Positions 1 through 8,157 of a stretch of DNA of 64,000 nucleotides are shown here, one piece after another (the stretch's first letter is position 1; each line of letters starts with the position of its first letter). Below the pieces are notes generated by a model that saw only the letters and a list, made by a program, of their open reading frames with translations, made no database searches and was not told the origin of the DNA. Origin of the DNA: Armatimonadota bacterium (lineage in GTDB: Bacteria; Armatimonadota; Armatimonadia; Armatimonadales; Armatimonadaceae). The stretch is from positions 26,575 to 90,574 of the forward strand of contig JANLTX010000011.1 in assembly GCA_031363095.1 (NCBI GenBank). Direction: 5' to 3'. The translations under genes and the position numbers were made by a program.

Positions 1-472
1 GGGCCTCGCTCTCGGGCAGCGGAGTCAGCTCCAGAACGCGCTCGCCTTCCAGTCGGGCCGGGGCAAGCGCTGTCACCAGAACCTGCCGCTCCGACTGCGG
101 CCCAACCAGCCGGGAGAGCCAGACCAGCGTGGCTTCATGATGCGCCGCAAGCGCCGCGTCCAGTCCATCCAGAAGAAGCAAACTGCCTCGGGGAAGCTTG
201 CTTGTCGCCCGGCTCAGAACCTCGGTGCTGGCGACGTTCCGGGCCGCGACGAGCCAGACCCCGCCCGGAAACGTCCCGGCGCTGGCGAGTCGGTCGGCGG
301 CGGCGAGGGCCAGCGCACTTTTCCCGACCCCCTCGGCTCCGGCACACGTAACGAGGCGCTGGACGCGCACGGTTCGCACCAGCGCCTCCAGCTCTCTCTC
401 CCGCCCCACCAGCCGGTCGGAAAACCGACGTAGCCGGTAGACAGCGGCCTCTCTCGCATCGTCCACCAACAC
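1..472 (-). CDS. P-loop NTPase (STAND/AAA-type, N-terminal part; 3' end lies outside the window)
   Basis: Not in the ORF track because it is open to the window edge. My minus-strand translation gives ...VLVDDAREAAVYRLRRFSDRLVGRERELEALVRTVRVQRLVTCAGAEGVGKSALALAAADRL..., with Walker A GAEGVGKS. An in-frame TAG lies just upstream, and GTG/TTG start candidates sit at 464-472. Confidence 0.6.
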   Translation of the reverse strand, partial: MLVDDAREAAVYRLRRFSDRLVGRERELEALVRTVRVQRLVTCAGAEGVGKSALALAAADRLASAGTFPGGVWLVAARNVASTEVLSRATSKLPRGSLLLLDGLDAALAAHHEATLVWLSRLVGPQSERQVLVTALAPARLEGERVLELTPLPESEA

Positions 473-493
473 TGCATCGTTATTGTAGCACGG

Positions 494-1339
494 CTACCAG
501 AATCGCGGCTCGACGTGCGAAAAACCCGTACACAATCTCCGTGCTTCGTCGCCCGGCCCCAGCACACACAGCGCCGTCGCGAGCGGGTCAGATGTCAGCC
601 CATCGAGGGCGCACACCCGCGCCTGAACAAATTTAGTGAGTCCGAGACCCATGCGCGGATCGACGATATGGGCGTAGCGCCGCCCGCCGATCTCCACAAA
701 CTGCTCATTGCTCCCCGACGTGCTCAGCGCCCGCTCGCTCAGAACCAGGACGCCCCGGTCTTTCTCTTCGATTCTCCAGTCGCCCCGGCCCGCTCGCAGG
801 TCGCCGCCCATTTCGAGCAAACAACGCCGAACTCCGTGACGGTTTAGAACAAGTAATGCCCGGTCCAATGCGTAGCCCTTGGCGATCCCGCCCGCATCCA
901 GCGCCATGCCAGGAACTAAAAGCCGGGCTGTTTTATTATTTCTGTCTAACTCTAACTTCTCCCAGCCCGTTTTCTCCAGCGCCGCTCTTAAAATCTCTCT
1001 TTGGGGAAGCTTGCCAGTTTTTCGACTCTCGCGCCAGAGCCGGGTGAGCGGCCCAACCGTGATGTCGAACGCTCCGCCCGATAGTTTTGAAACTTTCTGG
1101 GCACACTCTAAAACCCGGAAGAGATCGGGGCTGACCCGAACGGGCGGGCCGCCCGCGCTCGCCGAGAGCCTCGAAAGCTCCGAGCGAGGCCGCCAGTCCG
1201 AGAGAACATTCTCCAGCCGCTCGATCTCGTCGAAGGCCACCCGCGCCGTAGCGACGGCCTCCGTCTCGGAAGCGGCATACAGCACGATGCGGGCTTGACC
1301 GCCCATCTGAACCCGGCTATACTCGAAACGCAAATCCAT
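494..1339 (-). CDS. apbE: FAD:protein FMN transferase (ApbE family)
   Basis: ORF 494..1507 contains ApbE hallmarks (GGAFDITVGPLTRLW, ALDAGGIAKGYALD, RYAHIVDPRMG). I prefer the internal start MDLRFEYSRVQMGG (residue 57, nt 1339), which abuts the divergent gene at 1338. The start is uncertain and could be 1507. Confidence 0.8.
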   Translation of the reverse strand: MDLRFEYSRVQMGGQARIVLYAASETEAVATARVAFDEIERLENVLSDWRPRSELSRLSASAGGPPVRVSPDLFRVLECAQKVSKLSGGAFDITVGPLTRLWRESRKTGKLPQREILRAALEKTGWEKLELDRNNKTARLLVPGMALDAGGIAKGYALDRALLVLNRHGVRRCLLEMGGDLRAGRGDWRIEEKDRGVLVLSERALSTSGSNEQFVEIGGRRYAHIVDPRMGLGLTKFVQARVCALDGLTSDPLATALCVLGPGDEARRLCTGFSHVEPRFW

Positions 1340-2096
1340 GTTGATTCCGCTTCTTTGTACCCTGCTGCAAGCTCCCGCGCCGCCTGCCGCGTCTCCCCAG
1401 CCGTTCACGCTCACTCTCGAAGGCTTCGTCGGCAAGCTGGAGATGATCCCGCTTCCCGTGAAGTCCAGATCGGGCAAGACACTCTGGGTGAGCAAGACCG
1501 AGGTCACCTGGGAGTTCTACGATGTCTTCGCCTATCGCATGGACTTAACCGAAGAACAAAAAGCTCAGGGCGTCGATGCGAAGGCCCGTCCGTCGCGGCC
1601 CTACGGTGCGCCCGACCGGGGCTACGGCCACAACGGGTTTGCGGCGCTCTCCATTCAGTACGACGGAGCCGTGCGCTTCTGCGAGTGGCTGAGCAAAAAA
1701 ACGGGAAAAAACCTCCGGATGCCGACCGAGAGCGAGTGGGAGATGGCCTGTCGCGCCGGTGCGAAGAAGCCATTCAGCGCCAGAGAGATCGACGCGATGG
1801 CCTGGCACGAGGGGAACTCCGACGATGCCGCGCAGCCCGTGGCCTCGAAGAAGCCCAATGCCTGGGGGCTTTTCGACATGCTCGGCAACGCCTGGGAGTG
1901 GTGCAGCCCGGACAAACCCGGCGGGCAGCCCGCCGTGCGCGGCGGCTCGTTCCGCGACGAAGCCAAACTTTTAAACCCGACGTACCGCTCGCTCTATCAG
2001 GCCGAGTGGCAGACCGCCGACGCTCAGAGTCCCAAGTCAAAATGGTGGCTCTCCGACGGCCCGCACATCGGGTTTCGTATAGTCTGCGAGGAATGA
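1338..2096 (+). CDS. Formylglycine-generating-enzyme family protein (SUMF1/FGE-sulfatase domain), secreted
   Basis: Motifs RMPTESEWEMACRAG, NAWGLFDMLGNAWEWC and VRGGSF. The N-terminus is hydrophobic. Confidence 0.8.
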   Translation: MLIPLLCTLLQAPAPPAASPQPFTLTLEGFVGKLEMIPLPVKSRSGKTLWVSKTEVTWEFYDVFAYRMDLTEEQKAQGVDAKARPSRPYGAPDRGYGHNGFAALSIQYDGAVRFCEWLSKKTGKNLRMPTESEWEMACRAGAKKPFSAREIDAMAWHEGNSDDAAQPVASKKPNAWGLFDMLGNAWEWCSPDKPGGQPAVRGGSFRDEAKLLNPTYRSLYQAEWQTADAQSPKSKWWLSDGPHIGFRIVCEE

Positions 2097-2231
2097 CCCA
2101 TCCCCCGGCCCCTTCCCTTGCCTGATTCCGTCTCCGACGGGGCAAGGGAAGGGGAGTCAGAGGGGTTTACTCCCCTTCCTTTACGCCGACGAAGTCGGGA
2201 ATACGTGAGGGAAGGGGCCGGGGGATGGGTC
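2096..2231. repeat. Nested perfect palindromic element with a GGGAAGGGG/CCCCTTCCC core
   Basis: The 24-nt arm GACCCATCCCCCGGCCCCTTCCCT (2096-2119) has its exact reverse complement at 2208-2231. Inner perfect hairpins pair 2109-2122 with 2141-2154, and 2147-2157 with 2169-2179. Confidence 0.8.
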
Positions 2232-2260
2232 CGGATGGGTGAAAGAGAGGACAGAAAAAC

Positions 2261-3547
2261 TTGAACGAAGAAGTGGGTAACGAAGACGTTGACAGGACAT
2301 TGACGCGCCGTGAGTTTGCGGTCGGCGGCGTCGGGGCGGCGCTACTGGCAAGTGGGAACTATGCCTGGGCGCAAGGCTCGGGGACGATAAAGGTCGGGCT
2401 GATCGGCTGCGGCGGACGTGGCAACGGTGCGGTGCGAAACTGCGCTCAGGCCGATCCATCGATAGAGATCGTGGCCCTTGGCGACGTATTTGCGGACCGA
2501 CTGAGCGGCACCCGCGAGGGGCTGGCCAAAGACCTGGGCGCTCGCTACAAAGCCACTGATGCGACCTGCTTTGTGGGCTTCGACGCCTACCAGAAAGTGC
2601 TTTCAACCAACATCGATCTGGTGATTCTCGCGACCCCGCCCGGCTTCCGGCCCGGCCACTTCGCGGCGGCGATTGCAGCAGGCAAGCACGTTTTTATGGA
2701 AAAACCCGTCGCCGTGGACCCGGTCGGTATCCGCTCCGTGATCGCGACCAGCGAGATCGCGACCCAGAAGGGTCTCGCCGTGGTCTCGGGCACCCAGCGA
2801 CGGCACCAGGCGAACTATTTAGAGACCATGGCCCGGATTCACAAGGGGGAGATCGGGGAGATCGTCTCCGGCTCGGTCTACTGGAACCAGGGCGGCCTCT
2901 GGATGAACCAGCGCCAGCCCGAGTGGAGCGACATGGAGTGGCAGCTCAGAAACTGGCTCTACTTCACCTGGCTCTCCGGTGACCATATCGTCGAGCAGCA
3001 CGTTCACAACCTGGATGTCGCAAACTGGGCGCTGGGTGCCCACCCGGTGAAAGCCTACGGTATGGGCGGACGGCAGGTGCGCACCGACCCGGCCTACGGG
3101 CACGTCTTCGACCACTTTGCCATTGAGTACACCTACCCGAGCGGCGCACGTATCCAGAGCTTCTGCCGCCAGATCGACGGCACCGCGAGCCGGGTGAGCG
3201 AGTCGTTCACCGGAACAAAGGGCACCACCGACGGCGCAAGCTGGGTGATGCGCGGCAACAAGCGCTGGAAGTACGACAGTAAGACCAAAAAGCCGCTCGA
3301 TCCCTATGTGCAGGAGCATGTCGATCTAATTGCGTCCATTAAAGCCGGAAAGCCGCTCAACGAAGGCAAGCGCATCGCGGAATCGACGCTCACGGCCATT
3401 ATGGGGCGGCAAGCGGCCTACTCGGGCCAGGAGATTCAGTGGGACGCGCTCTTGAACTCGGACCTGAACCTGATGCCCACGACGCTGGAGATGGGTTCTC
3501 TTCCTGTCGCGCCCGTCGCCGTGCCCGGCAGAACCCGAGGGGTTTAA
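2261..3547 (+). CDS. Gfo/Idh/MocA family oxidoreductase with twin-arginine signal
   Basis: TAT-like TRREFAVGGVGAALLASGNYAWA, Rossmann motif KVGLIGCGGRGNG, and GKHVFMEKP. TTG start. Confidence 0.85.
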   Translation: MNEEVGNEDVDRTLTRREFAVGGVGAALLASGNYAWAQGSGTIKVGLIGCGGRGNGAVRNCAQADPSIEIVALGDVFADRLSGTREGLAKDLGARYKATDATCFVGFDAYQKVLSTNIDLVILATPPGFRPGHFAAAIAAGKHVFMEKPVAVDPVGIRSVIATSEIATQKGLAVVSGTQRRHQANYLETMARIHKGEIGEIVSGSVYWNQGGLWMNQRQPEWSDMEWQLRNWLYFTWLSGDHIVEQHVHNLDVANWALGAHPVKAYGMGGRQVRTDPAYGHVFDHFAIEYTYPSGARIQSFCRQIDGTASRVSESFTGTKGTTDGASWVMRGNKRWKYDSKTKKPLDPYVQEHVDLIASIKAGKPLNEGKRIAESTLTAIMGRQAAYSGQEIQWDALLNSDLNLMPTTLEMGSLPVAPVAVPGRTRGV

Positions 3548-3629
3548 AACCCATCTTTCCTGTTTCCAGGACCATAAAAGGTCCTGGTTCTAAAAACGAC
3601 CGCACGTTCATCGTGCCGGAGAACAATCC

Positions 3630-4538
3630 ATGGACCGAAAGACATTTTTAACCGCCGGGGCCACCGCCGTGGTCTCCCCGCTTGCGGGGACGGAAGGGGC
3701 CGCCGCGCTCGCCGCGCCGCAGAAGAAGTTCCAGCTCAAGTACGCGCCTCACTTCGGGATGTTCGGCAACTCCGCGCCGGGCGGACCAATCGAGGAACTA
3801 AAGTACATCGCCAATCAGGGCTTTATGGCCCTCGAAGACAACGGCATGAAAGGCCGCTCGGTCGAGGAGCAAACAAAAATCGGCGCGGAGATGGCCCGAT
3901 TGAATTTAGCCATGGGCGTCTTCGTCGTGAACCTGGACACGGCCTGGAGCACAACGCTCGCTTCGGGCAAAGAAGATAGCAAGAAAAAGTTCTTAGACGA
4001 GTGCAGAAGCTCGGTCGATGTCGCCAAAAGAGTCAACGCAAAATGGATGACCGTGGTCTGCGGGACGTTCGAGGAGCGCCTGGACATCGGCTACCAGACC
4101 GCCAATGTCGTGGACTGTCTCAGGGCCGCCGCCGAGATTTTTGAGCCGCACGGCCTGGTGATGGTTTTAGAGCCGCTCAACCCGCGCGATCACCCGAGAT
4201 TGTTTCTCTCCAAGATCGGGCAGGCGTTTGAGGTCTGCCGGGCCGTGAACTCGCCCTCGTGCAAGATTCTGTTTGACATGTACCACCAGCAGGTCACGGA
4301 GGGCAATCTCATCCCGAACATCGACCGGGCCTGGAGCGAGGTGGCGTATTTCCAGATCGGGGACAATCCGGGCCGCCAGGAGCCGACGACGGGCGAGGTG
4401 AACTGGCGCAATGTCTTCAAGCACATCGCTCGCAAGGGCTATCAGGGCGTCCTGGGCATGGAACACGGGACATCGGGGCGCGGCAAAGAAGGCGAAGCCC
4501 AGCTCATCGCCGCCTACCGCCAGTCCGACAGCTTCTAA
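3630..4538 (+). CDS. Sugar phosphate isomerase/epimerase (xylose-isomerase-like TIM barrel, hydroxypyruvate-isomerase-like), TAT/Sec exported
   Basis: N-terminus MDRKTFLTAGATAVVSPLAG. TIM-barrel family motifs VLEPLNP, ILFDMYH and GYQGVLGMEHG. Confidence 0.85.
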   Translation: MDRKTFLTAGATAVVSPLAGTEGAAALAAPQKKFQLKYAPHFGMFGNSAPGGPIEELKYIANQGFMALEDNGMKGRSVEEQTKIGAEMARLNLAMGVFVVNLDTAWSTTLASGKEDSKKKFLDECRSSVDVAKRVNAKWMTVVCGTFEERLDIGYQTANVVDCLRAAAEIFEPHGLVMVLEPLNPRDHPRLFLSKIGQAFEVCRAVNSPSCKILFDMYHQQVTEGNLIPNIDRAWSEVAYFQIGDNPGRQEPTTGEVNWRNVFKHIARKGYQGVLGMEHGTSGRGKEGEAQLIAAYRQSDSF

Positions 4539-4545
4539 ATTTAGA

Positions 4546-4581
4546 CAAGGCCCGGCAGAGTTTCTGCCGGACCTTGTTTTT
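4546..4581 (+). terminator. Rho-independent terminator after the isomerase gene
   Basis: CAAGGCCCGGCAG-loop-CTGCCGGACCTTG (one mismatch) followed by TTTTT, 8 nt after the stop codon. Confidence 0.7.
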
Positions 4582-4668
4582 GTATTTTAGCTCAGCCAGT
4601 CCAGCACGACGCTCTGAAACGCGTCCCAGAGTGCGGGGAAGCGGCTGACATTGGGCATGGTGCGTCGC

Positions 4669-4789
4669 AGTCCGGCATTAAAAATACCGGTCTTTTAGAG
4701 GCGCACCCTCCGGGGCGCGATAGCACCAACTCCTGCTCTCGCAGCCCGGAGGGCTGGTTCTAATAGGCCGGTATTTTTAATGCCGGACT
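4669..4789. repeat. ~120-bp element bounded by 22-bp perfect AT-rich inverted repeats (MITE-like or structured RNA)
   Basis: AGTCCGGCATTAAAAATACCGG (4669-4690) has its exact reverse complement at 4768-4789. An inner 9-bp stem is CCCTCCGGG/CCCGGAGGG. Confidence 0.7.
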
Positions 4790-4834
4790 CCGAGAACCAC
4801 CGACATAGCACATCGCTGTATACTCTTTCCCAGG

Positions 4835-5716
4835 ATGCACCGACGTAAGACATTTTTTCTGGCGCTACTCGCGCTGACGCTCCTCGGGACCGCGCGGGCC
4901 GCCGAGCCGCCTCTGACGCTTCCTCTCTACCCGCCGGGGTCGCCGACGCTCCAGGGACAGAACGAAAAAGAAATTCTCACGCCGCCCGACGCCAGGCCCG
5001 GCCAGTATTACAACATTAAAAATGTCCACAACCCGATCATCGAGGTTTACCTGCCGCCCAAAGAGAAAAATACCGGCACCCTGATTATCGTCGCGCCGGG
5101 CGGCGGACATCGAGAGCTGGGCTGGCCCAACGAGGGTGTCCAGATCGCGCAGTGGCTCAACGAAATGGGAGTCGGGGCGGCGGTTCTGAAGTACCGGCTG
5201 GCGTTCACGCCGGGGTACAAATACACGGTCGAGGGCGAGGCGCTCCAGGACACGCAGCGAGCGTTCCGAATGGTGCGCACCAACGCAAAAGCCTGGGGCG
5301 TCAACCCGAAGAAAGTCGGGATTCTGGGCTTCTCGGCGGGCGGCGCACTGGCGGCCCTGGTCCAGATGCGCAACGATCCTGGCAAACCGGGCGCAACCGA
5401 CCCGGTTGAGAAAGAGAGCTGTCGCCCGGACTTTGTCGGGCTGGTGTACGCAGGCTGGGCAAACATGAACTTCTCGATCCCGCCCGACGCAGGCCCGGCG
5501 TTTCTGACCAGCGCGGGCCTCGATGATGCGTTTCATGCCAAGCAGACGGTCGAATACTACAACTTGCTCTTCTCCGCCGGAGTCCCCGCCGAGCTGCACA
5601 TCTACGGCCACGGCGGGCACGCAGGAGCCATCAGCTCCCGCAATGGGATTCCGTTCGGCACCTGGCACGTGCGGTTCCAGGAGTGGCTCGCGGACCTGGG
5701 GCTGCTGAAAAAGTGA
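4835..5716 (+). CDS. Secreted alpha/beta-hydrolase (carbohydrate esterase/lipase-like)
   Basis: Signal peptide MHRRKTFFLALLALTLLGTARA, nucleophile elbow GFSAGG, oxyanion-type APGGGH, and C-terminal HIYGHGGHA. Confidence 0.8.
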   Translation: MHRRKTFFLALLALTLLGTARAAEPPLTLPLYPPGSPTLQGQNEKEILTPPDARPGQYYNIKNVHNPIIEVYLPPKEKNTGTLIIVAPGGGHRELGWPNEGVQIAQWLNEMGVGAAVLKYRLAFTPGYKYTVEGEALQDTQRAFRMVRTNAKAWGVNPKKVGILGFSAGGALAALVQMRNDPGKPGATDPVEKESCRPDFVGLVYAGWANMNFSIPPDAGPAFLTSAGLDDAFHAKQTVEYYNLLFSAGVPAELHIYGHGGHAGAISSRNGIPFGTWHVRFQEWLADLGLLKK

Positions 5717-8157
5717 GGGCGGTGGCGCTGCTCGCTCTGCTTCCCGTGGCGGGCCTCGCGCTCGCACCGGGACGCTCCGCGCCGCCCGCCCCATCGCCGT
5801 TCGATGCCCAGGTCGCGCCCTTTTTGAAGGCCCACTGCCTCGGCTGTCACACCAAAGGCTCCGCCAGCGCGGGGCTGGAGCTGGACAGCTTTCTAAAATC
5901 GGACTCTCTGGCACGAGACCCCGAGAGCTGGAAGCAGTTCGTCCACAAGATTCGCACCGGGCAGATGCCGCCCAGAGAGATGCCGCGCCCCGACGCTGTG
6001 CAGATAAAATCGGTCACGGGCTGGCTTGCGGGCGAGCTGGCGCGGCAGGAGCGGGAGATAAAGCCACAGGCGGGCCGGGCGACGGCACGGCGGCTGAACC
6101 GCGCCGAGTACAACAACACGGTAAAAGACTTGCTGGGCGTCGATCTGCGCCCCGCCGACGACTTCCCTCAGGACGACTCGGGCTATGGCTTCGACAACAT
6201 CGGCGATGCTCTCTCCGTCTCGCCGCCGCTGCTGGAAAAATATCTCACGGCAGCCGAAAAAGTCTCCCGCGCGGCGATCTTCGGGCCGGAGAGAGTCCCG
6301 CAAAGACTTACCGAGCTGCGCTCGCCCCGCAAGGACGCCCTACCGCTGACGCAAGTTCCCACGCAGTACGACGAAGACGGGCTGACGCTTCCCCAGGCAT
6401 TCCACACGACCTACCGGTTTCCGGTTGGCGGGAAATATCTTCTGAGCGCCGTTCTCAGCGGACTCCGGCCCGAGGGCTGCGAGCCGATGCAGCTTGCGCT
6501 CTGGCTCGACGGCAAAAAAGTCCAGCAGATTCGCTACCAGCCCGGCGGCGTGACCTCGTTCCCCGGCGGCCCGATGGAGGTCTACGGCCAGAAAGCGGCG
6601 TTCGCACGGCAGACTGTCTCGGCGGGCGATCACTGGCTCGCGGTCACAGTCGAAAAAATCTACGAAGGAATGCCCGTCAAGTTCGGCGGCCCGAATCCCT
6701 CGAAGATCGTCGTGCCCGAGCCGCCGCCGTTCGTTTTTCCGCCGCTGCCCGCCGATGCCACCCCCGAGCAGATCGCCCGGCGCAAAGAGTTCGAGAAGAA
6801 CCTGCCGGAGCTGCGTAAGAAGCAACAACAGGGTCTGATGGGCGGCGTAAAAATAGGCACGGTCGAGGTGGGCGGACCGTACGAGCAGCCGTCCGGCCCG
6901 CTCCCCGCCGCCCGCGCCCGGCTCTTTGTGGGAGAGGGCGCCCACGCGATTCTCGGCAACTTCGCCCGGCGCGCGTTCCGCCGGACGCTCACCCCGTCGG
7001 AGCTTGCCCCATATCTGGCGCTGTTCTCCGAGTCCCGCAAGGCGGGAGACAGCTTCGACGAATCAATCTGCGGGTCTGTTCAGGCAATTCTCGTCTCGCC
7101 GAACTTTCTGTTTCGGATCGAGAGAAAGCACGACGACTTCGAGCTGGCAACCCGGCTGAGCTACTTTCTCTGGAGCACCATGCCCGACGAAACTCTCTTG
7201 AAACTCGCCGAGACCGGGAAGCTGCGCGAGCCGGAGATTTTAAGAGCACAGCTGGAGAGAATGCGCAAAGACCCGCGCTCGGGCGCACTTGCGGCAAACT
7301 TCGCCGGGCAGTGGCTTGAACTCAGAAAATTAGAGTCGCTCCAGCGCGATTTAGAGAAGTTCCCGGCGTTCGATGAATATCTCAGAATGTCCATGCGCCA
7401 TGAAACCGAGCTATTTTTCAATGAGATTATACAAAGTGACCGCTCGATCTTAGATTTTCTCGATGGCGAGTTTACTTTTGTCAATGAGAAGCTGGCGAAG
7501 CACTACGGACTGGATAGTTTGAATATTCACGGGCCGAAATTTCAAAAAATCAGCCTGGCCGGGACGAATCGCTGCGGCGTGCTGACACAGGGAAGTATTT
7601 TAGCCGTCACGTCGTACTCGACTCGCACCAGCCCGGTCGTGCGCGGCAAGTGGATTCTCGACAACCTGCTCAACGCGCCGCCACCGCCACCGCCACCCGG
7701 AATCCCCGCACTCGACGAAACGAAAGTGCCCGACGGCGCATCGCTGCGGCAACAATTAGAAGAGCATCGGAAAAAACCGCTGTGTGCGTCGTGCCATGCC
7801 CGGCTCGATCCGCTGGGCTTCGGTTTAGAAAACTTCGACGCGCTGGGCCGCTGGCGCACCGTCGATGGGAAGACACCCGTGGAGGCATCGGGCACTCTTC
7901 CGGGCGGCAAGAACTTCGTCGGGCCGCGCCAGCTTGCGGGGATTCTGAAGCAGGACAAAGCCGCGTTCACCCGCGCCCTGACGACGAAATTACTCACCTA
8001 CGCACTCGGGCGCGGGCTGGAAAAATACGACCGACCGACCGTCGAGAAAATCGCCCAGACGGTTGAAAAAGAGAACTATCGCTTCTCGGTGCTGGTGCGC
8101 GAGATCGCGCTCAGCCTGCCGTTTCAGCAAACGCAGAAAGCAATGACGAAAAAATGA
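5683..8157 (+). CDS. DUF1592/DUF1588/DUF1585-type protein with N-terminal CxxCH (planctomycete PSD/PSCyt architecture)
   Basis: CLGCH heme-type motif near the N-terminus. Long conserved regions (RLSYFLWSTMPD, ANFAGQWL, CASCHARLDPLGFGLENFD) are typical of this family as I remember it. An alternative GTG start at 5713 forms a GTGA overlap with the upstream stop. Confidence 0.85.
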   Translation: MARGPGAAEKVRAVALLALLPVAGLALAPGRSAPPAPSPFDAQVAPFLKAHCLGCHTKGSASAGLELDSFLKSDSLARDPESWKQFVHKIRTGQMPPREMPRPDAVQIKSVTGWLAGELARQEREIKPQAGRATARRLNRAEYNNTVKDLLGVDLRPADDFPQDDSGYGFDNIGDALSVSPPLLEKYLTAAEKVSRAAIFGPERVPQRLTELRSPRKDALPLTQVPTQYDEDGLTLPQAFHTTYRFPVGGKYLLSAVLSGLRPEGCEPMQLALWLDGKKVQQIRYQPGGVTSFPGGPMEVYGQKAAFARQTVSAGDHWLAVTVEKIYEGMPVKFGGPNPSKIVVPEPPPFVFPPLPADATPEQIARRKEFEKNLPELRKKQQQGLMGGVKIGTVEVGGPYEQPSGPLPAARARLFVGEGAHAILGNFARRAFRRTLTPSELAPYLALFSESRKAGDSFDESICGSVQAILVSPNFLFRIERKHDDFELATRLSYFLWSTMPDETLLKLAETGKLREPEILRAQLERMRKDPRSGALAANFAGQWLELRKLESLQRDLEKFPAFDEYLRMSMRHETELFFNEIIQSDRSILDFLDGEFTFVNEKLAKHYGLDSLNIHGPKFQKISLAGTNRCGVLTQGSILAVTSYSTRTSPVVRGKWILDNLLNAPPPPPPPGIPALDETKVPDGASLRQQLEEHRKKPLCASCHARLDPLGFGLENFDALGRWRTVDGKTPVEASGTLPGGKNFVGPRQLAGILKQDKAAFTRALTTKLLTYALGRGLEKYDRPTVEKIAQTVEKENYRFSVLVREIALSLPFQQTQKAMTKK

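Noticed and set aside
4587-4658. 23-codon minus-strand mini-ORF (MPNVSRFPALWDAFQSVVLDWLS) between the terminator and the inverted-repeat element.
   Set aside because: It is too short, with no obvious ribosome-binding site or recognisable family. It may be a gene remnant, but this cannot be supported from sequence alone.
4865-5914. 349-aa minus-strand ORF antisense to the esterase gene.
   Set aside because: It is a shadow ORF with Arg-rich composition. The plus-strand frame has a signal peptide and a GxSxG hydrolase motif.
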